Part shown: piece after piece, positions 62,431-64,000 of the stretch
How positions within the stretch are numbered: the first letter of the stretch is position 1
Layout: every line of letters starts with the position of its first letter
Assembly: GCA_030390025.1 (NCBI GenBank)
Contig: CM059425.1
Coordinates: forward strand, 168,084,001 to 168,148,000
Direction: 5' to 3'
Source of the DNA: Squalus acanthias
Taxonomy: Eukaryota
DNA length: 64,000 bases
Program-made: the position numbers and the translations under genes
Notes under the pieces: model-generated
Databases searched by the model: none
The model's input: the letters and a program-made list of their open reading frames with translations, nothing else
Told to the model about the DNA's origin: nothing

Positions 62431-62727
62431 CAGAATTTCTTTGGGAACAAACACAAAGTGAACATGCCCATAACTGGGACTCTCTAAAAGCAATAGCTCA
62501 TTTTAAAGTTTTCTGCCTCGAGTTTGAACAAAATAATGGGTAAAAGAAACATCTGATTGTTACCAGTACGGCCGTCAAACCTATCTGCTTCTGACGGGCT
62601 CCACTCACACCTTCCAAAATGGGTTGATACTGACAACCTCCTCCAGCTGGCAAGCGAACATGTGAGTTGAAATGCTAATGTCAGGTTAGAAAACTGACAG
62701 TTGATATGCATTCTACTGAAGAAAAGT

Positions 62728-62830
62728 CATAGGGTAGGCCATTCAGTGCTTCGAGCCTGTTCCGCCATTCAATTAGATCATGGCTGATCTGTACCTCAAC
62801 TCCATTTACCTGACTTTGCTCCATATCCCA
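62728..62830 (-). mobile_element. CR1 3' UTR fragment
   Basis: GTAGGCCATTC...GATCATGGCTGATC as at 49160-49215. Confidence 0.85.
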
Positions 62831-62848
62831 GTCAGATTTGGAGAACAG

Positions 62849-64000
62849 GGGCTCGATTTTAACAGCCCTGAGGGGGCGGGTTTGGAGGCGGGTCAGCTGC
62901 GAAAATCGGAAAAAATGGCTTCAGACACCCAACCCGCCTCCATCCCGCCCCCACCCGATTTTCGTGAGTGTCTGTTCAGCTGCTCCCAAACTGACCCAAC
63001 TCCAACCGGTGGGACAGGTAGTTAAGGCAGTTAAGAGCCTGTTAGCTGCCTTGATAATCCTATCTTGATAGAGGTTTCCCATTTTCGTGCCTCTGGCTCC
63101 TGTTTCCCATCTTGTCAGAAACAGTCCTGCTGCAAGGAGACGAGTTGGTGGAGGACATGATCTGTAGTCATTATTGGTGCAGAACTTTAAAAGCGCTCCT
63201 GTAACATGGCTGGCATTCAAATGCAACAATTTTGTTGTTGCAGGTTTGCCATAAGGTTTTGCAAATCTACTGACCTTGTGACTGGTCAAGCTGACACACA
63301 TCTGCTGTTTGAACTGATTGGAATAATTTCAGGCCACTTTGAGTGTGCGCTTGCAAGCTTCTTGCCTCAACTGAAATCTATAACAACGGGATGGGAACCA
63401 TTTACATCCTCTCATCCTGGTCGTCAGATTCAGAGGAAGAACAGCGCAGTTTAGTGCTGCCGGATGAACAAGTGGCTCAGCACACAGCCTCCTTGGAGGA
63501 AGATGAAGAGGATGAGGAAGAAGACGAGGAGGAGGATGAGGACGAGGACGGGGAGTGACACCTTGTGGGGCCGGATGTGGCCAATCCAGCAGCAGGCGAT
63601 CACATTGATGGCTGTCAGGCAAGGGATGCACTCATCCATGCCAGATTCGCGTAAGCTAACACTTCAACCACAGGTGGCTGGCACATGGAGATGAATATAA
63701 GTCCGACATTCTCAAACCCCAGGCATCATCTGTCCAATAAACAGTGGTTTGCGCTCAGTGTCACCACCAACATTCTACATGGAAATCACCCTGAGCCCTC
63801 ACTCTTGAACTTCCATTTCCCAGAACACAGAGGCCACACTTTAGGTGATCTCAGCAGATCATTAAACCATTTTCAACACTAAACCCATGCGCGTCTGCAC
63901 ACAGACCTCGAGCTCACCTCCTCAGCAATTTGCAGCCAAGCTGCCTTGGTTTGCTGAGGAGGCCTCCTCCTTCCATTTCCAGGGAAGAGGAGCTCCTGAC
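62849..64000 (+). mobile_element. Internally deleted Harbinger element, running off the window
   Basis: Left TIR GGGCTCGATTTT. MGTIYILSSWSSDSEEEQR (ATG at 63391) is joined to LPDEQVAQ and the acidic tail. Minus-strand Myb-like remnant ELLFPGNGRRRPPQQTKAAWLQIAEEVSSRSVCRRAWV*C*KWFNDL. Confidence 0.92.

Noticed and set aside
62564..62646. Minus-strand exon candidate
   Set aside because: Ambiguous donor and frame, and no recognised homology. Noted only as a possible partner of 45021-45184.

Overview
Vertebrate genomic DNA, most likely from a cartilaginous fish (shark), inferred from the repeat repertoire. It looks like intergenic or deep intronic sequence. I found no recognisable host protein-coding gene, only a few weak exon candidates. 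The window is dominated by transposable elements. These include a near-full-length disrupted CR1 LINE (49134-53350), many nested CR1, L2 and Tx1 fragments, Deu-domain SINEs and an LF-SINE-like element. There is also a PIF/Harbinger set: three coding-derived copies with reciprocal deletions of the transposase or Myb/SANT partner gene, plus many MITEs with short TIRs and 3-bp TSDs. The most interesting signal is a set of miniature Penelope-like termini carrying minimal type I hammerhead ribozyme motifs, three with intact cores (25854-25890 minus, 31312-31349 plus, 38207-38243 plus). Two of these units moved as ORF-less 200-260 bp insertions with 11-12 bp TSDs, and one forms a 72-bp fold-back. 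Also notable are a 307-bp inverted duplication, a cryptic hairpin-bearing repeat array at 29390-30125 and an unclassified ancient repeat present twice. Family names come from recalled consensus features, not database searches.
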